Assembly (NCBI GenBank): GCA_026770705.1
Contig: JANJGN010000026.1
Span: forward strand, 39,060,001 to 39,124,000
Reading direction: 5' to 3'
DNA length: 64,000 nt
DNA from: Isurus oxyrinchus
Lineage: Eukaryota
In this document: positions 10,690-21,812 of the stretch, piece after piece
Numbering within the stretch: the stretch's first letter is position 1
Layout of the letters: each line of letters starts with the position of its first letter
Translations under genes and position numbers: made by a program
The notes under the pieces: model-generated
What the model was told of the DNA's origin: nothing
The model's input: only the letters and a program-made list of their open reading frames with translations
Databases searched by the model: none

Positions 10690-13120
10690 TTTTGCCCAGC
10701 TCTCAGTCCTTCCCCCACACCCCGCCGAACTGCCCTGTCCCCCCACCCCACACACCTACCTCTCTGCCGTTTGTCCCCCAGCTCTCTGCACTTACTCCAT
10801 GGCTCTATTCGCTTTCGCCCGGATCTCTGACCTTTTCCACTGGCTCGCTGGCTTTTACCCTGGCTCTCTACACGTCCCACCCCCCCACTTCTCTGCCAAG
10901 AACCCCCTCCCCCCACGGTTGCTCTGCCCTTTCCCACCCACCGCTCTGCCCTTCACCCCGGCCTTTCTGCCCCTTTCCCCCTCCCGCCACTGTGCCCTTC
11001 CCCCCTCCTCTCTGCCCTTTCCCACATGCCTCTCTGCCCTTTTCCCCTCCTGCATCTGTGCCCTTTCCCCCTCCCACCTCTCTGCCCATTCTCACTCCCA
11101 CCTCTCTTCCCTTTACATCCGCCGCCTCTCTACCCTTTCTCTGTCACCTCTGTGCCTTTTCTGCCCCAGCTCTCTGCACACATTCCACTGCTCTCTATGC
11201 TTTCACCCGGCTCTCTGACCTTTTCCACTGCTCTTTTCCCATTCCCCCAGCTCACTGCCCTTTCAATTCCCTCTCTGCCCTTCCCTCCTCTGCCTCTTTC
11301 CCCCATCCGCCCCTCTGCTCTTTCCCACCAGCCTCTGTGCCCTTTCCCCCTCCCACCTCTGTGCCCTTTCCCCCTCCCACCTCTGTGCCCTTTCCCCCTC
11401 CCACCTCTGTGCCCTTACCTCCCACCTCTCTACCCTTAGCCCCTCGCCTCTCTACCCTTACCCCAGCTCGCTGCTCTTCCTGTTGACTCACTGCCCTTTA
11501 CATCACCTCTCTGTCCTTCCCCCCTCTACCTCTCTGCCCCTCCCCCACCTCTCTGCCCTTTTCCCCCTCTGCCTCTCTGCCCACCCTCCTCTCTGTCCTT
11601 CCTCTTTCTGCCTCTTTGCCCTCCTCCTGTGTACCCTTCCCCCCTCTGCCTCTCTGCCCTTCCCCACCCCACTGTCCGCCGTTTCCCCCCTCTGCCTCAC
11701 TGCCCACTCTCCTCTCTGCCCTTTCCCCGCCGCCTCTCTGCCCTTTCCCCCACCCATATTCCTGCCCTTTCCTCCTGCTGCCCCTCTGCCATTTCCCCTC
11801 ACCTCTCTGCCTGTCCCACTCCCTGCTTCTCTCCCCTGTCACCCCTCTGCCTCTTTGCCCTCCCGCCTCTCTGCCCTTTCCACCTCCTGCCTCTCTGCAC
11901 TCCCCCGCCTCACCCCTCTGGCCTCCGCCCCCTCGCCTCTCTGCCTTTTCTCCCCCAGCTCTCTGCACTTATTCCCTGACTGTCTGTGCTTTCGCCCGGC
12001 TGTCTGAAATTTCCCGTTGGCTCTCTGCCTGTTCTCCAGCTTGCTGACCTTTCTGCCGCTTCTCTGCCCTTCCCCGCCACCTCTCTGCCCGTTAAACCCC
12101 CCGCTTCTCTGCCCTCCCCCCTCTCTGCCCTTTCACCCTCCCGCCTCTCTGCCCTTCCCCCACCCACATTCCTGCCCTTTCCTCTTGCCGCATCTCTGCT
12201 GTTTCCAGTCATGTCTCTGCCTGTCCCACCCCCTGCTTCTCTGCCCTGTTACCCCTCTGCCTCTCTGCCCTCCCTCCTCTCTGGCCTTTTCCCCTCCGGT
12301 CTCTCTGCGCTTCCCCCCACACCTCTCTGCCCTCCCCCCCCCGCCTCTCTGCCTTTTCTCCCCCAGCTCTCTGCACTTACCCCATGGCTCTCTGTGCTTT
12401 TGCCCGGCTCTCTGACCTTTCTGTCACCTCTCTGCCCTTTCTGTCGTCTCTCTGCCTGTCCCACCCCCCCGCTTATCTGCCCTCCTGCCTCTCTTGCCTT
12501 TCCCCCTCAGGTCTCTCCGCACTTCCCACCCCCTCCCCGCCTCTCTGCCTTTTCTCACCCAGCTCTCTGCACTCACTCCATGCCTCTCTGTATTTTCGCC
12601 CGGCTCTCTGACATTTCCGTCGCCTCTCTGCCCATCCCACACCCCGCTTCTCTGCCCTCCCGCCTCTCTGCCCTTTCCCACTCCCGCCTTTCTGCACTCC
12701 CTGCTCTCTGCCCTTTCCTCCTTCCACCTCTATGTCCTTTCCCCCTCCCCTGCCTCTATGCCCTCCCCCCCCGCCTCTCTGCCCTTTCCCCCCGCCTCTC
12801 TGCCCTTTCACTGGCTCGCTGACTTTTCCCCCTGCTTGCTGACCTTTGCCCCATCCCAAAGCACTTTCCGCTGGATCCCTGCCCTTTTCTCTGGCTCTCT
12901 ACCCTTCACTCCCAACACCCACCACTCCCCCAGCCCCCCGGCTCTCTGCCATTTCCCTTGCCTCCCTGCCCTTTCCCACAGGCTCTCTGAGCTTTCCCCC
13001 CAACTACCTGCCCTTTCCAATGAAGCTCATTGCTCCCTTCAGCCATGCTCCACTTTCTGGCACTGCTAGGCCTCAGGCCTCGCTTCCAGGTCTCTCTTCC
13101 CCGCAGTTCCCACCCTCCCA
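10690..13120. repeat. Pyrimidine/C-rich (sense-strand G-rich) VNTR
   Basis: Many cctctctgccct(t)tccc motifs plus a longer recurring unit ccccagctctctgcact...cccggctctctgac at ~10776, 11164, 11953, 12361, 12558. Confidence 0.95.
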
Positions 13121-13139
13121 GACACCGATTTATGAAATG

Positions 13140-13720
13140 TGATCGAGTGCGTGAGCTAGTGCATGATTGACAAAGTGAGGGTAGCGACAGAGCAAGGGTG
13201 GGTGGCTGAATGAGTGAGTGTGCATAGGTGAGTGAAGGTGTGAATGAGGGTTGGTGGTGAGTGGGCATGGGTGAGTGTCTGAATGTGGGTGAGTGAGGGT
13301 GGGTGATTGAATAAGGGTAGTCGAGTGGCTGAGTGAGGGTTGGTGGGTATGTGAGGGTGGGTCTGTGAGTGAGGGTGAGTGGGTGTGTGAGGGCAGGTGG
13401 ATGAGTTATTGAGTGTCAGTGAAGGTGGGTGAGTGAGGATGGGAGAATGAGTGAGGGTAAGTGAGTGAGGGCGAGTGAGTGAAGGTTAAAGTAATTGATG
13501 GTGTTAATGAGGGTGAGTGAAGCTGGGTGAGTGGCTGAGGGTGAGTGAGGATAGGTGAGGGAGTGATATTGAGTGATGGTGAGTGAGTGAGGGTGGGTGA
13601 GTGAGGGTGAGTGAGTGAGTGTGAGTGAGAGTGAGTGTGAGTGAGGGTGGGTGAGTGAGGGTGATTGAGTGAGTGTGTGAGTGAGGGCAAGTGAGTGATG
13701 GTGAGTGATTGTGGGTAGTG
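13140..13720. repeat. (GAGT/GGGT)n low-complexity tract
   Basis: gagtgagtgagggtgggt repeats. Confidence 0.9.
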
Positions 13721-14305
13721 AAGGTTCTCAGGTGCAGGAGGCTCATCAAGGCGACGTTTCTCTGAATGATTTTCCATGCCGGCTCAGCTTTCCGTTGCCT
13801 GTTGTCCACAGCTGAGCTGGGGGCTCCTCCATTCGGCTCCACCACTTCCACCTCCACCTTATCTTCATCTCCATCAATCCTGTCCCGATTCTCCATGTTG
13901 ATCAGCTTTCAGTTACACCGGCTGTGTAAAGTCAGGCAGCAGTGTAGATCGCTGGCCAGCTGCTTTAATGTCGATGTCTTTCTTTGAGAAACCCGTGTCA
14001 GTGTGCGAATAGGCAGACTGAGGGGGCTGGAGGGGAAGGTTACAGCAAAACCAGGATGGGCCGTGCAGGCATCTTGCACCAAGTGTGCACCAGTGTTGGG
14101 GATCCAGGCGGCCGTGGTCTCCATCACATCCCTCCCATTTTCTTGTTTCTTTGTGTTTGGTTCAACACTTCAAAATTCTTCACATATATAGTGATGTCAC
14201 CTGTGTAATTTCATTTTACACAAAAAGACATCAGAAATGGAACAATGAACATACCTGCAACTTAACGGATTTTCTTTCTGAAATTAGCATTTTCAGCCCA
14301 TTTCT

Positions 14306-15275
14306 GTGTTTGAGAATGTGTGTGTGAGTGTGTGGGTGTGTGTGTGTGCATGAGAAAGAGAAAGAGAGAGAGACAGACAGACAGAAAGACAAAGTCTGTG
14401 TGTGTGTGACTGTGTGTGGGTGCTTGTGAGTGTGTGAGAGAGAGGGAGAGTGTCATAGGGAGTATAAGTGTGAGAGTGTCTGAGATAGAGAAATGTGTGT
14501 GTGAGAGAGAGAGCATGTGTGTGTGAGAGAGAGAGCGACTGTGTGTGTGTATGTGTGTGTGTGTGTGTGTGTGAGAGTGTGGAGTGTGTGTGTAGGGGTG
14601 TGAGTGATAGGTAGTATAAGTGTGTGAGAGACAGCAAGTGTGTGTGGGACAGAGTGTGTGAAAGAGAGAGCCAGTGTGTGGGTCAGAGAGAGAGAGAGAG
14701 AGAATGAGAGAGAGAGTCCGTGTGTGAGAGGAACAGTGTCTGTGTGTGCGAGAGGGAATGTGTTTGTGTTTCTGTGTGCGTGAGAGAGGGGGAGAATGAG
14801 GATGTGTGTGTGAGAGAGTGTTATGTGTCTGTGTGTGAGAGAGGGGGAGAATTGAGAGAGTGTATGTGTGTGGGAGAGAGGGTGCATGTATGAGAGAGAG
14901 AGAGTGGGTGTGCATGTGTCTGTGTGTGTGTGTGAGAGAGAGAGAATGCATGTGTGAGAGTGCATGTGTGAGAAAGAAAGAGTGCATGTATGTGTGAGGG
15001 AGAGAGTGTGTATGTGTGTGCACAGTTGAGAGAGTATGTGTGTGAGAGTCTGTATGAAAGTGTGTGTGAAAGAGAGAGGCAATGTGTGAGAGACAGAGTG
15101 TGTGCATGTTAAAGGGAGTTTGTGTGTGAGAGAAAATGTGAATGTGTGTGTGTGACAGAGAGAGAACGAGAGAGTGTATGTCTGTCAGAGAGAATGCGTG
15201 AGAGAGTGTGTGTGCATGTGTGTGAGAGAGAGCGTGTGTGACAGAGAAAGTGAATGAGTGAGGGTGTGTGGTAAA
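14306..15275. repeat. Mixed (GT)n/(GA)n microsatellite
   Basis: Alternating gtgtgt and gagaga runs; the H/T/L/S-rich ORFs are artefacts. Confidence 0.95.
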
Positions 15276-15819
15276 GAGACTGAGTCTTTCGAGGTAGATC
15301 AGCCATGATTTGACTGAATGGTGGGAAGGATCGAAGAGCCGAATGTCCTCCTCTTGCTCTCATTTATGTCATTCATTCCACCCCCTGCAGGCGGCAATCC
15401 AATGACTCAGTTTTTGATGGCAGCTCCTTTTTCCCAAATCCCCCGCGGCTGGTTATTTGGAGCGGGAGTCTGATATTTGTCTATTTCAATCGTTTAAATA
15501 ACTCACAGCCTCTGATCAGATCAGAACAGGCGCTGCTCTCTGGAGCCTCACTGTCACTCCCTGATTCTGTTTGTTCTGAAATTGTGCTCAAGTTCAGGTC
15601 ACTCACATTCAATAATTTTCTGATACTCAAAATGCTTTAACATAATTAATTTATTAAAACTTATACATGTTCTCTGCAGAAATATTGTTAAAAACAATTA
15701 ACGTGCATCATTTCAACTGAGCAATGGAACAATTTATTTTCACAGATCTGGCTCGAGAACCCACAGCCAGTTAATTTGATGCTGATTCAGTTTGTTTGAC
15801 CTCTGCGGGGTCAAGACTC

Positions 15820-16030
15820 TCAGGTAAGGAACAGGACAAGTTAAGATATGGATTAAATCCCCCACTCCTCCTCCAGTACACTCCTGTCATCAGCTGCAAG
15901 GGTGGAATTCAACACAAAGTCAACTCTCCACTGAACTGTCAAACACCGGGTCAGGTACAGCACAGGTTTGAAATAAAATAAAACTCTGTCTACATTGTCC
16001 TATCAAATATACTCAGGAGAGGGTTCAATC
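15820..16030 (+). repeat. Degenerate copies of the ~67-bp tandem repeat
   Basis: caaacacc-gg-caggtacagcacaggttt...actct-tctacattgtc; same unit as 32310-33310. Confidence 0.6.
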
Positions 16031-16049
16031 CAGTATTGATATAAGTGCT

Positions 16050-16640
16050 GTGCTGCAGGAGTCAGTCAGAGGCTGGGAATTCTGTGGCGAGTAATTCAAC
16101 ACCTTTCACCCAAAGAAAACTGACCATCTACAAGGCACAAGTCAGGACTGGGATTGAATAATTTCCACTTGCCTCAATGTGTGAAACTTCAAAAAACCCC
16201 AAGAAACTTGATATTATCCAGGATAAAGCAGCCCACAGAATTGGTACCCCATCCACTACCTTAAACTTTCACTCCTTCACCCACCAACGCACAGTGACAG
16301 CAGTGTGTACCATATACAAGATGCACTGCAGCACCTCGCCAAGGCTCCTTCAAAACCGGCAAGCTCTCCTAATTAGAAGGACAAGGGCAGCAGATGCTTG
16401 GAAGCACGGCCACCTGTATGTTCCCCTCCAAGACACCGAACATCCGGACTTGGAACTATATCGCCGTTCCTTCACTTTCAATAGGTCAAAATCCTGGAAC
16501 TCCTGATCTAACAGAATTGTGAGTGAACCTGCAGCTATTCAAGGAGGTGGCATTTCAATACTCCCTCAAGGTTGGACAATTAGGATGGGCAACAAATGCT
16601 GGCCTTGCCAGCGACCCCAACATCTTACGATAGGATTAAA
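16050..16640 (+). mobile_element. LINE (CR1-related) 3' fragment
   Basis: KKLDIIQDKAAHRIG...HQRTVTAVCTIYKMHC, the C-terminus of an RT ORF, followed by the shared 3' tail. Confidence 0.8.
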
Positions 16641-19600
16641 AATAAGACACAGGGTAATTTCTTCCTCCACATTTTCCAACCAAAAAGGTCAAGGACTGCT
16701 ACGGCACAGATTAAAATCAGATAAAACTTTCTCTGCATTGCCTAACTGAACACTCCCAAGACACATACATCACTGGCTTAAATCGACCAAATTTCCTTCG
16801 ACAGCCAGTCTGTCGTTTCTGAATTGTTCTTTTTGACTGTCACAATGGGTTGGGCATCTCATTTCTGAGGCGCCTGCTCAAAAATTCAAACTTTCACATT
16901 TCTCACAGGCACAAGTTTTTTTTTTAAAGAAATAAATCAAATTGCGCTTCCTGAAATACAGGAGAGCAAACCAGAAGGTTAACAACAAATCAGGAAGATT
17001 CCTGGTCCCAGCACAGTGACCACTCGCACAGAAACAGAACAGACAGAAATGGTGCAACAAGTGAGTTCCCAGCAGATGGATCTGTGCAATCTGTCCATTA
17101 CATTCAAGCTGTTTGATTCTAATTGATCAATGGTCAATTTACTGCTATTATTCTATAGCTTCTTTGAAATTAACCTGATTTTCATCACAAAACTCCCTTT
17201 GAAGTCCAGCTAATTCTCCCTGTCTGTCTCAAATCTCCAAACAATGTAAGATTCAAGTTACCCTGAAATGAGCACATTAAATATTACAGATTTAGGATAA
17301 TTTGGTGTCCGTAATAGAGACTCAGTGACGGGGTAAGAATTAAACAAATCAGGAAACATTCACATTGAAAGCCGATTACCCACTGATTTGATTCGATTTT
17401 AGAAATAAGTATAACCAATAAAGTCATCGAGGCAAAACACCTTATCGAGCTGAGCATAGCTGAGTAAGAAAAGTATTCTTTTCTCAATTTATTTTGGATA
17501 CGATTAAAAATTCTCTCCACCCTTTGAGATTTTGCATTCACTATAATGACCAGTATACTACTTAATTGTTGGAGTTCATTTATGTTGAATTAATTATCCC
17601 TAATATTATATTGTAAGTTAATTATCTTGTTACTGTCAATTTATTTTTTGTTAGCTGATTTCTACTCTATAATATGAAAAATATGGTTTTCAAAAATTGA
17701 AGAAATGTTTCCCTCTGGGACTTTGTGAAATAATTAGGATTTATTTAAATCAACCTGACACTGAAACAATGTTAAACAATAAACTTCAAATTACTAGATG
17801 GTAACATTCAGGCAAGTATATCAATTTTACTTAAATCTAATCACGACCTACTATTTTACTTTTACTTCGACTGCTCTGTTTTAATATATAAAATTGTAAA
17901 CTATGTGTGTTTCTGAACGCATTGAGAAATCAGAAATTCCATCTATTCTCATCGAGTAATTCACACGACGAATTTATGAGTGGAATATTTTAAATACTTT
18001 CAAATCTGGCCGGGGTCACAGCACATTAACTGTCGATGAACTGTAACATCATCTGTTTGCTAAAGCAAACTTCTCTTAACTCAAAACTACATGTAAAAAA
18101 ATGTTCCTCGCAGTTACTTATTATCAATAAAAGTGCTTCCTTGATAACAATTAAATTATAAGGATTTTTTTAAGTATATTGTTCATGGAAAGGAGATCCA
18201 AATTGATCAGTATACAATTGGATGAGAACAATTCATTCAGATTAGCTGCGCCACTGAAATATTGCAAATTGATTAGATATTTTGTTCTTCAATTTAATAT
18301 TTAATAAGAATTAAGCATGAATCTCAGATATAATCTGTTCTCTGATAATTCTATCCTGTGTACAGCACAGCTATGGAAGACAGGAAGTTGTTTTTAAGTT
18401 CAAGACTAATATTAATGTTTGCAATTAAATTAGTCTGTTCGAATTTCAAGCTTTTCCTTGTCAATCTCTATTCATACGTAGTCTGCACCTTCTTACAGTT
18501 CAAAAATAAATAAGAACAATTCCTTGACTGCCAGTGAATTCCACCCCCAAAAAAATGTTTACAATTAGATTAGTGACAGTTATCTCGCTATCCAAATCCC
18601 AATGACATTGAAGGAATAATATGGTTACCGCTGCACAGAAAGAATGTAATAACCGGACATATTGCAAAACTGCAATGTCAAACTCCTCTTTAAGTCAATG
18701 CAAACTTAATCAGGGATATTAAAAAATCCAAAATCTCTTGTGAAAATGAACAATTCTGTAGAATCAGTATATTCTTATTGAAATTTTTCAATCATAATCA
18801 CAAAATGATTCCACCCTAAAAACTTTCCCAATCAAGTTAATTGTGCGCAGTGTACAGCAGAATGTAAAAAGCAATTAATGATCAATTAGATTAACATGAA
18901 AGCTGTTCGGTCAATATAGAGAAATATTACCACATTATAACTGCTTGAATTATATTAATTTTACTCTACAATTTGAAAACTTGTTAATTATATAGTTTCT
19001 GATTGCAGTGACGAAGTATGTTCTGATTGAGCGTCTTAATCCATGGTTTAGTTTAATCTGCAAGTATGACTTGAAATAAAAACAAAATGTTCTAACACAT
19101 ATTTAAACGCTTTCCCCCCATTTCTGAAGTCTGCCCTTTTTCATTCTACAATCGCGCTTCAAGCAGATACAAATGTGTGGACTGTTTCCATTCAGTCACA
19201 AAACCTGTAACAGCTCAATATCACCGAGTTTAAACAAAGCAGAAACAATGCAGAACCGCCTAACTGTTTCATAAATTCTACTTGTTCAAAGTCACCCAGA
19301 TACACAATCTCCTCAGGAGAAAAACACCAAATCACATCACTGAGGGGCTGAAATCCGTTTCATGGAGAAGCAGCTCAATTCTACAAACACTTCCAACAGA
19401 ATCCAAAGTAATATTGCAAGAAAATCTCAATGTCGAATTCAGACAATCTGCTCGTCAGCAAATGAATGAATAATTCAACTAAACAGAAATATGGAATAAT
19501 GTCAACAGCATTGTGTGTAGGCGGAACGTGTTCAATAAATTAATATTGAAACTAAAGCACATTTTGTTGATATTGGGTTTGATTTCAAACGTATTTAAAC

Positions 19601-19961
19601 CCTTGTGCAGTAAATGGTAAAACCCGCAGCCATTAGATGTCACCGAGATTAAACATTGCAGAAATGTCAAACTGTTTTTACAAACGTTAGATATTTCAAG
19701 TAGTCCGGCCACACAGTATCCTCAGCAGATAAACACAAAATCACAACAACCAGGGTTTCAATCCCTCAGCAGCACATTTTTGTAGAGATACATGGAATTA
19801 CAGAACTCAATTTCAGCAGAATCACATGAAACATTGTAAAATATCTCCATACAGAATCCACCAAACCCAAGTTTCAGTGAACGAATCAGTTATTAAAATA
19901 GACAAAAATATAAAGCAAAGACTCAAATAAAGCAGTTACTAAATAAGTGAATGGTTCTTAC

Positions 19962-20009
19962 CTGCAGTCACCGTCACCATGGTCCCTTGTCCCCAGTAGC
20001 CCATGATGT
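19962..20009 (-). CDS. IGHJ: JH segment (IMGYWGQGTMVTVTA)
   Basis: WGxG motif; donor GCAG|gtaaga at 19961. Confidence 0.97.
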
Positions 20010-20048
20010 CACAGTGTTACACTCCCTGGGCTGTGCCATACAATAACT
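20010..20048 (+). promoter_or_regulatory. JH RSS, 23-bp spacer
   Basis: CACAGTG (20010-16), 23 nt, ACAATAACT (20040-48). Confidence 0.95.
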
Positions 20049-20377
20049 TTCCCTGCACGAAAAAGACAGAAATCCAACATTATTTTAAATATTCATAAGT
20101 GAGGGGCAAAGTAAGGTCACGATGAATCTTCAAGAAATTATATTTGTGTTTGTAGATATCTTTAGGTTTTCATGGAAGACTTTCATTTTTTATAATTCAC
20201 AGAGTAACACATGAAAATGTTATTGAAATCACCAACTGATGAATGGATAATTATCACAACTTTTCCATCTTTAACCATGTTTTGTGGGCAGTGCTGGATA
20301 AAAATAATACTTCACTGTAAATATAACAGGATTGTAAAAGCGAGCACTGACCCAGGCAGACTCAATTAGTGCTGAGG

Positions 20378-20405
20378 GGTTTTTGTATTGACAGTAACTG
20401 CTGTG
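20378..20405 (-). promoter_or_regulatory. D2 3' RSS, 12-bp spacer
   Basis: Minus strand CACAGCA, 12 nt, ACAAAAACC. Confidence 0.93.
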
Positions 20406-20418
20406 CCATCTAGTATAT
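20406..20418 (-). other. DH2 diversity segment ATATACTAGATGG
   Basis: 13-nt core between two 12-RSSs; frames YTRW / ILD / one with a stop. Confidence 0.93.
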
Positions 20419-20446
20419 CACAGTGAGACACACCATGTCAAATACT
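20419..20446 (+). promoter_or_regulatory. D2 5' RSS, 12-bp spacer
   Basis: CACAGTG, 12 nt, TCAAATACT. Confidence 0.88.
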
Positions 20447-20758
20447 GCGGCAGATTGTTCACTGTAAAATACAAAGATTTAAGTTCACTGCCCTCTCAAA
20501 AATCTGATTCCGACACGCTTAAGAGTGAATCAGTGAGATATTTCAGGCTGTGCTGGTCATTATATTTATAAATGTGACTGGATTTCTTTTAAAGCCTCTG
20601 TGCAGATTTAGCGTGTCCGCCAACACTCACAAAGCGGAAGACTTCTATATTTTTTTCCAAACCAATATTACCTCTACCCATTATGTTATTTAACTCTCAT
20701 TTTATTTGACGTTCCTGCTGTGTTAGTGATCACCAATTTAAACAAACTCCTTCTCTGA

Positions 20759-20796
20759 GGTTTTTGTATGAGGATGTCGCTGTGCACAGCACTGTG
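20759..20796 (-). promoter_or_regulatory. D1 3' RSS, 22-bp spacer
   Basis: Minus strand CACAGTG, 22 nt, ACAAAAACC. Confidence 0.95.
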
Positions 20797-20813
20797 ACCC
20801 ACTACTGTAGTAT
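20797..20813 (-). other. DH1 diversity segment ATACTACAGTAGTGGGT
   Basis: 17-nt core flanked by 12- and 22-RSS; frames YYSSG / TTVVG / one with a stop. Confidence 0.95.
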
Positions 20814-20841
20814 CACAGTGAAATACACCCGCACAAAAACT
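20814..20841 (+). promoter_or_regulatory. D1 5' RSS, 12-bp spacer
   Basis: CACAGTG, 12 nt, ACAAAAACT. Confidence 0.95.
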
Positions 20842-21199
20842 GCACCCACTCTGTTCAGTGCTGCCTCCTAATATTCACTTCAAATAGATGTTTACCTCTG
20901 ATCTAGTTTAGAAATTGTGCAACAATTTACAAAACTCAATGAACAGAGACTCCTCCAAGTATCAGACATAATAAAATGAACATTATATCCAGGTCTGTAA
21001 TTGCGGAAACGGTTAACGGTAGATAAAAACACAGCAAAAGCTGAGCCCATTATACCGGTTGGTTTGGTAGGATTTACTGTTAAATTTTATCTGTGTTAGT
21101 TTTGCTTGTTGCCTGGTTTTGTTCATTAAAATTAATATTACATTTAAAACAAGTACTCACCGTCAGGTTATGATGGAAGTTATTGAGTCCCTCTCGATC

Positions 21200-21238
21200 T
21201 GTTCTTGTTCAGTTCCAGCCCTGGTTCCTTTCGCTGTG
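21200..21238 (-). promoter_or_regulatory. VH RSS, 23-bp spacer
   Basis: Minus strand CACAGCG, 23 nt, ACAAGAACA directly after YYCAG. Confidence 0.93.
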
Positions 21239-21548
21239 TCTCCTGCACAGTAATAGATGGCGGTGTCTTCAGTCTTCAGGTTCGTCATGTCCAAGGAGAA
21301 GATGTTCCTTGAAGTGTCTTTGGACGCTGTAAATCGATCTTTAATTGCTGGGGCGTAATAGTTGTATGATGAACCAGAACTATAGTATTGAAGTAGCCAT
21401 TCCAGCCCCTGTCCGGGAACTTGTCGGACCCAGCACATGTAGTAGCTGTCAAGATCGAAGCCGCTGGTTTTACAGGTCAGTCTCAGGAAGCCTCCGGGAC
21501 GCCTGGTCTCTGCCTCTGGCTGAGTCAACACAACCTCCGACTGGACAT
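21239..21548 (-). CDS. IGHV: VH exon ([52 protein letters not shown]...[10 protein letters not shown])
   Basis: Acceptor tttttacag|AT at 21549; canonical V-set Cys, WVRQ, GLEW and YYC; open frame. Confidence 0.97.
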
Positions 21549-21676
21549 CTGTAAAAATATATCAAAAACCCCGAAGATTAAACCTAGTGAAATTATTCTT
21601 GACTCTGTAACATTCCAGAGAGAGACTAACACTGAGATAGTAACAATGAGAAACTTGGACAATAAAAACTACTCAC

Positions 21677-21722
21677 GGGATAAGAAAGTCAGCAACAAAC
21701 TGAGAGAAATCGCTGGCCTCAT
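21677..21722 (-). CDS. IGHV: VH leader exon (MRPAISLSLLLTFLS)
   Basis: Hydrophobic signal peptide, 46 nt, donor TCCC|gtgagt at 21676; a second in-frame ATG lies at 21734. Confidence 0.93.
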
Positions 21723-21812
21723 CCTTCTGCTCATTTGGGGAAAATGGTTCTGTCCAGAACTCAGTGAACAAACCAACTCCCGGACTGTTGGATTCCGGCC
21801 CCAGTGAGCGGC

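Larger units (their letters stand above)
10210..14305 (-). mobile_element. Putative composite (VNTR-containing) insertion with 13-bp flanking direct repeat
   Basis: tcagcccatttct at 10210-10222 and 14293-14305; AATAAA/A-rich end on the minus strand at 10223-10237. Confidence 0.5.

Noticed and set aside
10603-13268. Long Pro/Leu/Ser- or Gly/Arg-rich ORFs
   Set aside because: Open in many frames on both strands because the low-complexity repeat lacks stop codons.
20778-20791. cgctgtg|cacagca resembling a RAG signal joint inside the D1 3' spacer
   Set aside because: It overlaps the true heptamer and has no correctly spaced nonamers; probably a chance palindrome.
19962-21548. Germline-joined VDJ, or IgNAR/IgW/IgM1gj identity
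   Set aside because: All six RSSs and the intersegment DNA are present; four Cmu-type domains, the IgM tailpiece and a conventional VH with WVRQ/GLEW indicate standard rearranging IgM.
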